Under the pieces are notes generated by a model. That model ran no database searches. It had not been told where the DNA came from and saw only the letters and a program-made list of their open reading frames with translations. Made by a program: the position numbers and the translations under genes. A stretch of DNA of 64,000 bases from Eledone cirrhosa (lineage: Eukaryota): contig OZ024743.1 in NCBI GenBank assembly GCA_964016885.1, forward strand, positions 35,030,001 to 35,094,000, read 5' to 3'. Within the stretch, counting starts at the first letter, position 1. Each line of letters starts with the position of its first letter. This document shows positions 1 to 13,949 of the stretch, piece by piece.

Positions 1-97
1 CATCTTCATTTTGTTTCAAAGCATCTCGTGTCTTTTTTAACATATCTCGGAATGAACTGAGTTCTTGTTCTTTTTTCTCAATGGAATCAACCAAATT
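1..97 (-). CDS. CDK5RAP2: CDK5RAP2-like exon running off the window edge (NLVDSIEKKEQELSSFRDMLKKTRDALKQNED...)
   Basis: Acceptor ttttttattttgtaag (AAG type), phase 0; open coiled-coil frame to base 1. Confidence 0.83.
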
Positions 98-309
98 CTT
101 ACAAAATAAAAAAAATATTCACGCATATAAATATATACAAAAAATAAATAAATGAGCATTTTCTGTAATTAAAAAGCAATATCTAGTATTTATATTCAAT
201 GACCTTGTCCAAAGGATTATGACCATTTCATCTTGGCTATGAAGGGCAATGATTACATTCTTTCATCAAGAAATAACTGCTTGATAAATATATATCATTA
301 TTACATTAA

Positions 310-507
310 CCCTTTAGCATTTAAACCGGTCATATCCGGCCAGAATTCTTTCACCTCTTTCTGTTCAAACTGGCTGCTCATACTTATGTTAAGGTATTGT
401 TTTCAAAATAAATAATATCAAAATCTCATAGATTCGATATTATGTGAGATAAAGTGTTTACTGTGAAAATATTAAAGTATATATAGAGTAATGTAAATGC
501 TAAAGGG
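310..507. mobile_element. piggyBac-like MITE, about 200 bp (family PB-a)
   Basis: TTAA|CCCTTTAGCATTTA...TAAATGCTAAAGGG|TTAA. Related copies at 23692-23880 (partial), 39377-39590 and 40950-41157. Confidence 0.85.
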
Positions 508-1030
508 TTAAATGCAAAAACAGAACAGTACTAAACAAAATGTCTTACAGTGTTTCTTAAGTCAAAATGCACATGAGTTGACTTTATTTTCCACCTTAAA
601 ATAAGATCAATTTCTTATCAAATATACTGATACCCAACGAATTTGTGGGTTTATGCCAATCTATGAAAACATTTATTGTTAGAGCAATAACCCGAATACC
701 TTACAGTATTTACTTACATCCCTTCACAGTTTGGGAGTTTTAAGATGTCTGGACTTATCTTTCTAGAGGGGTTGAAAAATTAAGCACTAGTCAAGTACTG
801 AAGGTCAATGTAATCTACTATATCACCTTCCAAAATAATCAACTATATCACCTTGTGGCAATTACTGTTGTAAACATCATGGTATGACAGTGAACACTTA
901 GCAAACAGTCTGTAACCTGTAGTCGTTTCTTCATACCACAGAAAAAGAAAATTCTTTTTGTAATTCATGTAATTAAAAGAAACATGCACTTGAATAAAAT
1001 TATTATTTATTATTATTATTATAAAGGATA

Positions 1031-1227
1031 GGGCAGTGGATTGGCAGTATCGGTAGAGGGTCGGACGCCATGCTTTGACGCATAGAGTTACAGCCCTTGC
1101 CATTCTGAGTTCAAATCCTGCCAAGGTTAACTTTGCCTTTCATCCTTACGGGGTCGATAAAATAAAGTACCAGTAATGCACTGGGTAATTGCTGGCTTTG
1201 TGCCTAACGTAGAAACAATTATTATTA
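1031..1227 (+). mobile_element. tRNA-derived SINE, young family (S1)
   Basis: A-box-like TGGCAGTATCGG, B-box GAGTTCAAATCC, central GCCTTTCATCCTTACGGGGTCGATAAA domain, (ATT)n tail; TSD attattataaaggatag. Confidence 0.85.
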
Positions 1228-1699
1228 TAAAGGATAGTAAAAGTAGAATCGGTAGAGCATTGGACAAAATGACTTGCAGGATTTAGCTATATTTGCCTAT
1301 ATTCTGAATTCCTATCTGGCTGTAACTGACTTCCCCTTTCCTCACTCTGGGATCAATCACTCCAAAATTTGTTGCCTTTTGCCAATGTCAGAAATCCCTT
1401 TTATAAGAAGATTATCAACCTTACATTAGGTTGATCATATCATAGTGAATTATGAATTCTAAGGATGTGATCAGTAGAAGAGCACAAGAAGCTATGTAGC
1501 AGCACACTCATGATATTGATCATGCTTTTAGAAAAGGCATACTCATTTGCATTGTGAACATCCTTCACAATGTTTTAGTATAGACATCGGAATGGGAAGA
1601 ACACTAAGTAGGAGTATCAGCTGCAATGGCAGTATGTAGCTCCTGGCAACCAAACAACTGAATTCAACCAAACAACTAGCAGAATCCAGCCAAATTCTG

Positions 1700-1960
1700 T
1701 CCTGATTTTGTTGGAGCTGCTTCTTGTTTAATGGATTTGCATACTGTAGCTTTCCAGCAGCTGCACGCTGAAGAGGCTCCGCAACAGATGGCTAGATATC
1801 ATCAGGGAAGATCTCCAGAGGCTCAACATCACCTTGGAGGATGGAGAGGAGTTGGCACGGGATCGCCAGCAATGGAGGGTGCTGGTGGACCTGGTTGGCT
1901 CTATACACGACAATGCTTTAGGACTGGTGGCTTAGGATGACCTCGGGCTCGTTGAGCAGG
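1700..1960 (+). mobile_element. RTE-like LINE 3' remnant
   Basis: One frame reads RNRWLDIIREDLQRLNITLEDGEELARDRQQWRVLV, a typical RTE ORF C-terminus. Confidence 0.65.
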
Positions 1961-4900
1961 AGCAATAAGGAGAAGCTTTCCAGGCAACAACTAGTTATTC
2001 CCTATCACGCTGAAACTTCTGAATTAGGTAATTGGTATGACAAAAGGAGAAAGACCATCTTCATATTTGGCATGCTAATGTCCAACATGCTAATTTAGAG
2101 TGCCATGCCAGTCATCAACAAGTCCCCTGCTCTATAATAATCTCTGTTGTTAGAATGTATAATGTTCACCAGTAGCTGCAACATTCCTGGGTTACAAAGC
2201 AGTGGGCAGCTGGTGGCTTGTGCACATTCAGCTGTTCAAATGCAATCATCTTATGTTAACACACACATATTTATACATCGAGAGTGTTGGCGCTATGCTG
2301 TGATGAGAAGACCCGGCCAAGTATACAATATGACCTGACCCATACATGAGCCTCTCCCTCCTACTAGCACCCCCCCCCACTATTTTCACCACTATGTACC
2401 GACCACCCACGCCCCATCCAGAATCGCTCCTTAATTCCACCCCCCCTTTCTAAAGTCATTAGATATCCTCCCCAATGCACCCAAGTAGCTACACTCTCTA
2501 CCTCTTGTTCAACCTCCACTACCACACCACCCCTTACTCCTTCTAAAGACTAGATATCCTCACCGTTGCACCCTAGTAGCTACTCTTCTCCACTTGTTCA
2601 TCTCCTTACCACCTCACCTACCTCTCCTAATGATGCCCCCTCAATACCCCCCCCCCACACACACACACCACACCACCACTATATCCCATTTCGCCATTTA
2701 CTAATCAACCACCCCTACCCCATACGCATCTCTATGCCTCCCCATCCTATTGACCATATCCCTCACACCACTCCAATCCCCCCTCTTCCCATACACTAAT
2801 AGCCTTTACTCATTGTCCTGCCAAATCCCCACATACACCTAAAACTTCATACCTATTTCCTTCTCCAGAGATGAAAGGACTTTACAGTGGGGGTCTATAA
2901 CCAACAACCTAGTGCTGGTACCACAAAATGCACCAGTACACTCCCTAAGGGTGGTTGGTGACAGGAAGGGCACTGTAGAAACCATGCCTAAAAGGGTTGA
3001 GAGGACCTTTTAATTGTGTCAAAAACATAACAACCTCTCTAGTGTTGGTGATCTACACGATAAATACACCCAGTACACACTGTAAAGTGATTGGTGATAG
3101 GAAGGGTGTCTAGTCATAGAAAGTTTGCCAAATAAGGGGTTGAAAGCACCCTTCAGTTTGTGTCAAAAGACAACTTCTCCTCTGCATTCAATATGACTGT
3201 ATGTAAGCAGGATGCAGACCCCTTGGCCTGTCTGGGAATCAGTAGCCCTGCTTCAGTACTTACTTGGTCTATGTAAACCTCTCCAACTCTTGCTAGCAGG
3301 GAAAGTAGATGTTAAATTATAATGATGACGATGTATCCACACAGACACATTTATACATGCTTGTAATGTTTCAAATGAAAATTATAGATTACAAACAATG
3401 CAGATTTAGCTGGCTTCCTATGAAGTTGCATCTCATAGGAGGCTTTTTTTTTTTAGATGTTTTATTGGTAAGATTCACAGTTATATGACAAAAAGCAATG
3501 TAATATGAAGTATCTTGTTCAAGAATACATGCTGCTCAGTTCAAGTATTGAACCTACAACCTTATGATCATGAGTTCAACACTATAACCACTGGACCATG
3601 GGCCTTCACTACTTAAAATATTTACATTGAATTTGTTTAGCATAAAAAGTACGTTGCTTGTAATCCAGTCAATCATGCATGCATGACAAACATCTCACGG
3701 TACATACCCCCATGCCCCCATTTTATTTTAACTGCAAACTTAGCACCTACTTTTTGCCACCCTCTTCTATACTGAACTGATAGTAATTGGATAGTTCTAC
3801 CATACAGTCACTCTATCTGCCTCTATCCTTTGTTATATCATACAAGTTCCAAACTTTTTTTAATATATTATATAACTATCACAGTTTCAATTGCTATTAA
3901 TCATCAGTTGTTATCACATTGTGTACAGAACATGCATCACTGATTGTAATTATGTCTCATCACTGGTGCATGCAGTAACAAATGAAGATAACATACTCTC
4001 TCTCTCTCTCTCTCTCTCTCTCCCCTTAAAAGATGTTGAATAACAAAACAAAGCCAGTTTTGTTCATAGCTCCCCTTTCACCAAAGAGAATTTGCAGAAT
4101 CACAATTTGGAAATGTGTCATAAAAAATTATTTTTGTGCACAGAGTGCAAACAGAGAAAGAGGATTACCTTTATTCTTAAGCATTAGAAAAGCAATGCAA
4201 TTAAAATCATATTTCAGGACTACATCGATGACTACATTTCCTTTATAAATACATTTCACATTTATTACTTTTGACATTTCCTTCCAACATTACTTTTAGA
4301 CAAGCTAAATTATTTATACAAATTTTCATAAACCATTTAACTGTTACCCTATTAAACACTGTGGTGCATTCTAAACAAAGCTGAGGCTTTAAATACAAAC
4401 ATGTGATCTATTAGCAAGTGCTCATCTAACTATCACCTTGTTATCAGCATCATCTAGTGACCTACAGCAACATTTCACACTCTCACACACATATATCAAT
4501 CTTAAAAGAACAAAAGTCAATATTAAAGAAATATACATTGTCTATATGTAATATCGGTAATTTCTGGTATATATTGTTGCTAAACACACATAAATATGCA
4601 CATAAATATATATACAAACACATACAAAAAATGCTGCACAGTAGACCCGAACTTGAAATCATGAGGTTGCAAAGCATAACTTTTTAACCATATAGCCACA
4701 CACATACAATTATATCAATGCCTAAATTTATGCAAGTTTTCCATGTATGTGTGTTCCATCTTGGCATTTGTGTCTACCATTCTTTGGTAGAGTTGAAGAA
4801 CAAGTTTGTCACAGTTTACTAATAAAGTTTAATGGAATTTATACCTGTGTTTGTGTATAAAATATAAGAAACATTTTTCTTTTGTTCATAGCATATTATT

Positions 4901-5557
4901 ATTATTATCATCATCATTATTATTATTTACATATTGAACTTTTGATGATAATCTAAACTTTAAAATTAATAAGTTAACTATGATATATATTTACTAACAA
5001 TAATTAATGTTATTAACTTTGCTTTGATGAAGAAAGTATTGGTGTATCACAATTGTTTAACAAAAACATTTTTATTTTATAATCTACCTTCTATCTGAAC
5101 AAGTACATAAAGCAACAACTGGCTATCATAAACTGACCATAATCTGGTCGATCTTATGTTTAGCATATATGAAACACATTAGAAGAAGGCTAACTTTTAG
5201 AATGAAAATTGTGAAGGAAGAGGCATTAGATATCATCATGTAATGAAATGATGTTTGTGAAATGAGAGAGAAAGAGAGCGAGGGGAAAGATGAAGGAATG
5301 TAAAGTTTGAGGAGAAAGTTGTAATTAATGTAAAAGATGAACAGTTGAAGATATAAGAAAGATGCAGGTATTTTCAATGGAAATGGTGTGCTGATGATAG
5401 TGATAAAGGAAGCAATAGAATGAGTATTAATAGTGGCATATACCAACTAAAGCTAAAGATGCAGTTATTTTAGTAGCAGCAAAAAGAAAGAAGCAGAGCA
5501 ACACCCAAGCTAGAAAAAAGGGGACAGATGATGGACTCATGGTCACAGTAAATCTAC

Positions 5558-5650
5558 CTGGTTGTTTAGCTCCTTTTCACGTACGTGCCTTTGTAATTTT
5601 TCAATAAGCTCATCTTTTGAAAACATGGTACTGTGTTGTTTTTCAATGTC
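5558..5650 (-). CDS. CDK5RAP2: CDK5RAP2-like exon (DIEKQHSTMFSKDELIEKLQRHVREKELNNQ)
   Basis: cacttaccag / gtagat; 93 nt, phase 0-0; open coiled-coil frame. Confidence 0.85.
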
Positions 5651-6370
5651 CTGGTAAGTGGTGATCAGTAAAGCCACATCAGCACAGCAACATCAAAGAA
5701 CAGAAATACATCATGGTGATCACACATACAAACACACATACAAATACACACACACAATAAATAAAAGAGTGTGGAGTTGGGAAAATTATAAAGTTAATGA
5801 AACAATTCAATGACTATAAATATAGACATGCAACAATATAAATAACTGAATGTACAGCAATTGAATGAATTAACAGCCAAAACAGCTTCAACTATATCCA
5901 AAATTTTGAAATAAATGGAATTCTATTCAATAAATATTTTAACCATCATTCTGTCATCACTTTAATTACTATTATTACTTCATAGAAATGATTTCAAATG
6001 AATGCCAGTATTGTTTTCAATCACATGCTCACAGATAAAACAGTGAGGAGTGGGGTAGCTTTAATGCTTATAAATGGTTTTAAATCTGGTATGCATTTTA
6101 AATAAACCAGCTCGTAGTTACTATCTACAGAGTGATGCTAAAATCATAGGTTTGTTACAAAAACCCACCGAACCAATGAAAAACATTACACTCATATTAT
6201 TTTCATTTCTCAGAATTCATTAATACTTTTATTTATATTTATCAAAAAACTTCCATCATAGTTTTATGTAAGAAACTTTGTTACGTTTCAAATGCCAGCT
6301 TAATAATGAGGAATTATGTTATTTAACTAAATCATTTGAAAACCATAGGCAGTGTCTTTCATTACAAATA

Positions 6371-6803
6371 CTAGTAGAAGAACCGCCTTCTGGCAAGTTT
6401 TCTGCTAGCATATGTAGTGTGTATATTGATATTATATGCAAATATATATGCATATAGATATGATACATAAATTGAAAAGTAAATTGACAATATGCATATA
6501 AATTGAACAAAAACTGTGTTAAACTTTCTTTTATAATCAGTAAGTAATCCATGATACATTTAAAAAAGATGGGAATGCTAACGGAACTTGACATTTGAAA
6601 GTTTTAACAGAAGTGAATCTTGAAATAAGCAATACATTATATATAAGATTATTTATGTTTAATCAAGAGCAAAGAAATTTAGTAGATAAATTATATAATA
6701 TTCATTCATGATTTATTCAAAGGAATCCAACTTATTTTAATAACGTGATGTAAAATCATAAACTGGACACAGTCTCACAGTTCTCCAATCATTATATATA
6801 AGA
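6371..6803 (-). mobile_element. Non-autonomous Helitron, family H1 (diverged copy)
   Basis: 5' TC and 3' hairpin+CTAG; homologous to 37968-38434. Inserted at caaata|tggt inside a TTAA-MITE with no TSD (empty site seen near 51762). Confidence 0.8.
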
Positions 6804-7553
6804 TGGTGACAAAATGGTTAATTTAGCACCCAATTTTCAATAAATCTATACAGGACAATCTTTTTTTTAATTATATATTTCAAGATATTTAAATTCAGCG
6901 AAGTTATTTTAAACTAGCAATGGTTTTGTAAACACAGAAAAATAAATTTGATTCATAGTAAATTTTAAAATGTTAAGATATATTATATGTTTATGTATAT
7001 TTTTAATGTAATCTTAGATATGTCAAAAATGTTTTGGCAGTGGTTAATATTAAATGTCAAATTTAAATGAAAAAAAAAAATAGAAATGAAAAATTAAAAT
7101 CAGTAGAAAAAAAACTTTGTTATCTAGAGAATGGAATTTATGAAGAATGAATAAAATATGTGCATTCACAGCTATGGCCTTAGGAGTGAACATTTGATAT
7201 TTCATTATAAGTGAAATTTAAATGTTTCCAGAAACATTTACATTTCAGTTATAATTTCACTATAACTTATAGCTAGCATCGAAAAATCAAATACTATGAA
7301 ACCAGACGATCATCTTGTTAGGAAACTTTAAAACTGCACTTAATATAATTCAGATACTTAGCTGCAATCAAGAAATAAAGACTTTTTTTTTAATAATCTA
7401 TAATAAAAAATTTTGAATTATTCTAAAGAATGTTAAAATGATAACATAAATAGAGATAGAGGTACTGGGATTGACACTGCTCAAAGTCTGCTACCATGCT
7501 AGCCAGATAGAATGAATGCACATATAGATGAACACATGAAACACACATCTCAC

Positions 7554-7580
7554 CTTGGAATATAACAAGATTGAAATCAA
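7554..7580 (-). CDS. Candidate 27-nt in-frame microexon (LISILLYSK)
   Basis: Long pyrimidine tract ending in cattag, strong AAG|gtgaga donor; phase 0-0 between two phase-0 exons; no stop codon. Confidence 0.5.
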
Positions 7581-8629
7581 CTAATGAATTAGATAAAGGA
7601 AACAAAAAATGAAAATTAAAACAAAATGAAATGAGAGAGCTCTACTAATTGCTGCCAAAAATAAATATTTAAGCAGTAATAACAAACAAAATGAAATGAT
7701 AACTCATTCAAACTCAATTAAATAAATAATAACATTAACAACAATAACACAAACAATCCAGGTTTTAGTTGTTTTTTTTCACTAATGAATTTGAAAAAGT
7801 TAGTTAAGAAAATGTTTGCAATACTCATGGTGAAACCATAAGTAACTATAATATTTAATACAAATTTATTTAAAACATTTCCAACAGTATGGATATATAT
7901 ATATACACACACATACACCATATACCTGTATATGGTATAAAGTGACTAAATGGGTTGATGCCAGGAAGGGCATCTGACCGTAAAATATTGCCATAAAAAA
8001 AGACTATGATATGTATGAAGCCTAGGGTGTGGCCCCCTGATCTAACAAAGAAAAAATGCCGTAAAACACTTGTTAGTTAATTAGATTAATAATATATACA
8101 ATAAAGATTAATTAAGGTTTCTAATATTAAAAAAGAGTTCAATAAAAACTATTTTAACTGTATTAGATCATAGTCAAGTTATTAACAAGATAGGTTACTA
8201 ACTAGCACTGCACTGTGTTGCTAGCAAAGATGCTTGAATGGAAATCTTGCTAGATTGATATATTTATAAGTAAGTAGTCCTGTAGAATGGTAAGAAGCAC
8301 TGAATAATCAAAAAATATCAATCACATTTTAGTGCTGAGCTGAAATTTTCCCACATACTACTGATAAGTACTATTAATATTATTTTCCAAGACAGTAAAA
8401 TAGCTTAAGAAAAAATATGCAGTGCACTAGAGATGTGAATTAATTCTATATAAGAATAACAAAAATTTTTAGCCATGGTCTAAAATATATTTAGGGTAAA
8501 AACGTGAAAGAACACATGAATCTGATAACCACAATATCTAACCTGCTTCTTTTCATCAGCTTTGAAAGAATGTTATCTTGACTATCTTATACTAAATGAT
8601 ATACACTGTGGGATCATTTTTCTCCAGAT

Positions 8630-9913
8630 ATTGACTGGTTGAAATCCTTCATTCTCAGCCGAAAAGTAGTCACGGTTCTAGGACAGCATTCTTCACCATA
8701 TGAGATGTCATCTGGTGTACCACAGGGATCTGTTCTTGGTCCTCTTTTGTTTGTGGCATATATTAATGACATAGATGCCAACTTACAGAATGCCACGGTA
8801 CTGAAATATGCAGATGACATCAAGCTGTACCTTGAAATCAAAAGGACTGATCCTGAAATCTACAACTCTTTCCTACAATCAGACCTGGACACAATGCAGC
8901 AATGGATCACGGACTGGCAACTGAAGCTGGCTATGGACAAGTGTACCACCATGCATTTTGGGAGGAAAAATCCAGCGTCCACATACTCCCTCCACAACAC
9001 TGATATCAAGAAGTCCTCTTGTGAACGTGACCTGGGCATTACTGTCAGCAGTGATTTGCATTGGACAAAGCATGTCTCTAAGATTGTCAAGAAGGCCGAG
9101 GGTGTCTTGGCATCACTCAGCAAGACCTTTGTTAGCCGCTCTCCAGCCATCTATTTAAAACTGTATACAGCTATGGTACGACCACACTTGGAATTCGCAT
9201 CATCAGTCTGGAACCCCTATCTTGCTCAGAACATTGACCTCCTGGAAACTGTTCAGAGACGTGCAACCAAGCGCATACCCTCCATCAGACACCTACCATA
9301 CTCTGAACGCCTTGCTTCCCTGGGCATGGATTCATTGAAGCTCCGACGTCTGGCAATGGACTTGGTGAATACCCACAAAGTTTTTAACCATCTCGCCAAT
9401 TGCAACCCTGAGCGCCTCTTTGATCTCCATGTGTCTAACACACGTGGACATGCCTACAAGATCAGAAAACAGCACAGCTCCCATGACTTTCGTAGACATT
9501 TTTTCACGCTCAGAGTTGCTGAAGCATGGAACAAACTGCCTGCGTCAGTTGTTAGCTGCCGAGACACTGCATCCTTTAAGACACTCATGCTTCCCGAAAT
9601 ACGCCAAAACTACACCTGATGTACCCCTTCCATACACATGCACACATGTGTGTATCATGACTCGTGCACTGTTCATTTTACTGATGTTTGTGCATTGCCC
9701 TATGTACTGTACATGTGACTTTTTTGATGAGTTGTGGTGCACCTGGGCACTGTACACAATATTTCATTATTGTTATTATTATTATTATATCATGACTCAT
9801 ACACTGTTCATTTTCCTGACATTTGTACATTATTCTATGTACTATACATGCACCTTTGATGAGTTGTAGTGCACCTGAGCACTGTACACAATAATTTCAT
9901 TATTATTATTATT
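8630..9913 (+). mobile_element. CR1-clade LINE, 5'-truncated (RT C-terminal ORF 8639-9619 plus 3' UTR)
   Basis: SGVPQGSVLGPLLF, YADD, LYTAMVRPHLEFASSVWNP, TRGH, FFTLRVAEAWNKLP. Uninterrupted 326-codon frame; 3' UTR with duplicated unit and (ATT)n tail. Confidence 0.95.
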
Positions 9914-11301
9914 AAATATAAACACTTTGTCTGACAGATTATGTAAGCTTCTGATTGAACTAAAGAATAAGATCCAACAGAAGTCACAAGTTATAACAAT
10001 GTTATTATTTACATTGATTTCCTTTATTTGTTAGATTTTGACCATTTTATAACCATATTTTTCCTGTACAAAACATAGATAGGATGGTTGTTGTAAATTT
10101 GTATATTTGCATATAATGCCTAATTCATGCTAGTGTGGAAGATGGACGTTAAACGAAGATGATGATGATAATTAGTTAGATATCTTTCTAACTGCTGACA
10201 ACTCAATTTTTAAGTGTGATTGCAAAATATTTCTAAACAAAAGTTGTACTTTGTTAAAATAAATTTGGTTAAAAATTACAAAACTAGAAATATCTATTAG
10301 TTTGCCAATATGCCCAAGCTGTCTTTATCTTGCAACTCTCTCCCCAGGTTTTTGTGGCCTAAACATTTCTGGATTGTAGGTGTTTGAACATGCAATACAA
10401 AAAATGATTACAATAACAGTGTTTATAGCAACAATAAAACAATAAATGTAAAAGGGTAACAACAAATATATAATGGGAGGAAGTGAGAGGATGATAATGG
10501 TGATGACTTAGTTGTGGAGTTGAGCAAATTTTATGTATTTTTATAGGTGATGATTATATCTTTGATTAATGATTCGGCATTGCTTCGTATGAAATGTTTT
10601 GTGTAAGATATTGTATACATATGAAAGATAAACCTGCTCCTAACTGATATTATTTATTTTAAAATAAGTACATTAAAAGCTTGCTGTCAGCTTTCCTCTT
10701 CCCCAAAAAACTACAAAAAGCAGAAATGATGTGGTATTACAATTTTTTTTCTAAAATTGAGAAAGAAATTATATTACTGTGTAGAACATCATTACAAAAC
10801 TTTTTTTTATATATAACTTCAATAATTAAAAATTTATGCATTCTGAAATAAAATATATAATAATTACATTTTTAAGCATTTGTACTTTAAACAAATGATT
10901 ACCTTTAATTTATCAGTCTATTCTGTTAAACTCTTAATTTACAGAAGTTTTAAACCCTTACAGTATTGCTATAAAACAATAGGTTTTACTCCCAAACGTT
11001 CATTATGTAACTAGTAAGATAAAAAATAATTTGAGTTCGTTTTTTAAGAATGTATTTATTAAACCATATAACATAAAACTAAGTCTTATATTAAACATTG
11101 AGAAAAACTGACAAAAATGGGACGACTGAAATAGAAAAAAAAATTAATTATTCACTGAAATCTAGTATAAAGTTTAGTTAAACAGAAATGGTTAACTATT
11201 ATTTACAACTTCATTAACAAAATCAAAATATTTTTTATATATATATGTACAATAGCACACTTATTATAAAGCTAAGCAAGAAGGACAAAATAATATCTTA
11301 C

Positions 11302-11394
11302 TTTGTGTTTTTGCAGGCTAACTTCATACAATTCCTGTCGAGTTTTATTCAGATCTTCTTTGTCTTTGAGAATGTGTTTCTGTAGTTCTTGTAT
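11302..11394 (-). CDS. CDK5RAP2: CDK5RAP2-like exon (IQELQKHILKDKEDLNKTRQELYEVSLQKHK)
   Basis: cccctttactag / gtaaga; 93 nt, phase 0-0. Confidence 0.88.
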
Positions 11395-11709
11395 CTAGTA
11401 AAGGGGAGTCAATGGAACAATACTAACTAACATATGTCCTGCATAACATGTGTTATATGCAACTTATGACAATGTTTGACATAGCTGATAACCATATAAT
11501 AGGCTATATATGTAACCATGTTGTTAATATTAACAAAAATAGAAATTATGAAAGATATATTATTTTTTAAATAGTTAATATCTATGAAATCAAAAAATAT
11601 AACTTTGTGTAAATATAAGTTCTCTCTCATTACTTTCCAGAATTACTGTTTACATACTGTGTAAATTATTGAATTACAAAAGCAAATGCAAAATAACATA
11701 AATATGTAC

Positions 11710-11829
11710 CTCATTTCGTTTTTCTTGCAGATTCTGAGTAAGCCCTTTAATTAGCTTGTTCTTTTTGAGGCCATTAGTCTTTTCAGTCTCTAATTCACTT
11801 TCTATTTTTTTCAATTGTTCTTCTAGGAG
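11710..11829 (-). CDS. CDK5RAP2: CDK5RAP2-like exon (LLEEQLKKIESELETEKTNGLKKNKLIKGLTQNLQEKRNE)
   Basis: tttcttcattag / gtacat; 120 nt. Resembles the family stretch EKKNSLKRDKTIQGLT (from memory). Confidence 0.9.
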
Positions 11830-13250
11830 CTAATGAAGAAACAGAAACGATACTTCAAATACAATGCTGAACTAAAAAGAACATAGTAATTAAAAAAGAC
11901 AAATTCAAATGATTTAACTTTTATCATCCTCTAATAATTTAGGAGAAAATATCTAAAAACAGGTTTGTTCATTCAAGGTTTATTTAATTTAAATGTTTAT
12001 AGTATTTTTTACTAGCGGACATATCATTGAGAAAATTTGCAGTGTTAGAGTAAAGACGAAGTTTTTAATGTGATGCAGTCATAGAGCTGTTTTATACTTT
12101 TGGCAATGCATTTTCATAGCCTAACATCACTGTGATAGAATAGTGACCTAACAACACTGCAATACATAAGTAACCTTAGGACCAGATTTACACATTGGGG
12201 GGTCTTGGGTAGTTCAGATTTGGTGGGCTTTTCATATAACAACACAGACACACACACTCACATAAGCAGGAAGAGAGAAAGAGAGAGTGAAAGACAGTAG
12301 AAACTGAATAGAGAGAAAAAATTTGAATTTTTTCAAATACATCAGCCCACAATGAGATCATGAGGTCAAATAATAGAGGTAGCAAAGGAATGGTCATTGT
12401 GTACATACACAAACACGCACACATAAATATATATACACATCAAGCACCATCATTGATAAACTATACACACATATACATACACTCATATACATGCATACAT
12501 ATACACCATATACAGCAGCTCCCACTACTTTTGCCAAATGGTGTTGCAAAAGTAAAGACATTTTGATAAACTAGCAAAAAAGTGAGATCAATTACATTTA
12601 TGATCAGGGCTCCATTCATAAAAGGTAGCAGGAGAGCTGTTTAAAGAGGAAGCCCTGCTTGAAGAAGAGGCCCTGTTTGATGATGGGTTGGGGTGAGGGG
12701 TGAGAGCATTCACTTCCACTGCCCCTGAGTAACCTAACAACACTGCAACACAGTTGATGGGCCAGTGCCATAGCAACGTTATCAACAACTTTGACTCCAA
12801 TGGTTTTTTACACAGATAGAAAGATTGAAACCATAAAATCTTAATGTCCTGTGCCACATGAAACCACATTAGCAAGACACTCTTGAAAAGTACAAAATCC
12901 TATTATTACTACATCACATAAATAATCAAAGTCCTTAATCTAATTTTTCCAACTATCTGTCAAGTAGTAAAGGTACTATAATCATTAGAATTACAAACCC
13001 AATTTTAGATATTTTCTGCTATATCCTTAGAGGATGTTAAGAGTTAAGGAAGAGGAAATGTGATATTTATGATGTTTATTACAATACAATCAAAGTGGTT
13101 CCATACAAGTCACTTCTATTCTAATATTATAAACATTTGGATGTCATAATTTCCTGTCTTTAATAAATAGAATTAAGTCTAAGAGAGATAATGACATTAA
13201 TTTTATACTGTGGTTGGTTATGTTTCATCATCATTATTTAGTGTTATTTA

Positions 13251-13440
13251 GGGCGGTGGATTGGCAGTATTGGTAGAGAGTCGGACACCATGCTTTGAAG
13301 CATAGAGTTACGTCCCTTTATGATCTGAGTTCAAATCCCGCCGAGGTTACTTTGCCTTTCATCCTTACGGGGTCGATAAAATAAAGTACCAGTAATGTAC
13401 TGGGTAATTGCTGGCCTTGTGCCTAAAATAGAAACAATTA
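13251..13440 (+). mobile_element. SINE family S1
   Basis: Close match to 1031-1227; flanked by an attatttagtgt repeat. Confidence 0.85.
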
Positions 13441-13486
13441 TTTAGTGTCCATTCTTCCCTGTTAACAATGGTTGACCAGGTTGTTT

Positions 13487-13949
13487 CATGCCTACAAAAT
13501 CAGAAAACAGCACAGCTCCCATGACTTTCATAGACATTTTTTCACGCTCAGAGTTGCTGAGGCATGGAACAAACTGCCTGCGTCAGTTGTTAGCTGCCGA
13601 GACACTGCATCCTTTAAGACACTCATGCTTCCCGAAATACGCCAAAACTACACCTGATGTACCCCTTCCATACACATGCACACATGTGTGTATCATGACT
13701 CGTGCACTGTTCATTTTCCTGATGTTTGTGCATTGCCCTATGTACTGTACATGCACTTTTTGATGAGCTGTGGTGCACCTGGGCACTGTACACAATATTT
13801 CATTGTTATTATTGTTATTATTATTATATCATGACTCATACACTGTTCATTTTCCTGACATTTGTACATTATTCTATGTACTATACATGCACCTTTGATG
13901 AGTTGTAGTGCACCTGAGCACTGTACACAATAATTTCATTATTATTATT
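13487..13949 (+). mobile_element. CR1 LINE 3' fragment
   Basis: Near-identical to about 9449-9913 (HAYKIRKQHSSHDF...QNYT plus 3' UTR). Confidence 0.92.

Noticed and set aside
1031-1110. tRNA genes
   Set aside because: A/B boxes are heads of multicopy SINEs; no full cloverleaf.
2340-2860. Pro/His-rich ORF 2566-2799
   Set aside because: C-rich low-complexity sequence, probably a decayed repeat UTR.
8543-8600. Possible exon ending at CAG|gttaga
   Set aside because: No clear acceptor or phase-0 fit.
8639-9619. 326-aa ORF as a host gene or prokaryotic RT system
   Set aside because: Motifs, 3' UTR tail and extra copies identify it as a truncated CR1 LINE.
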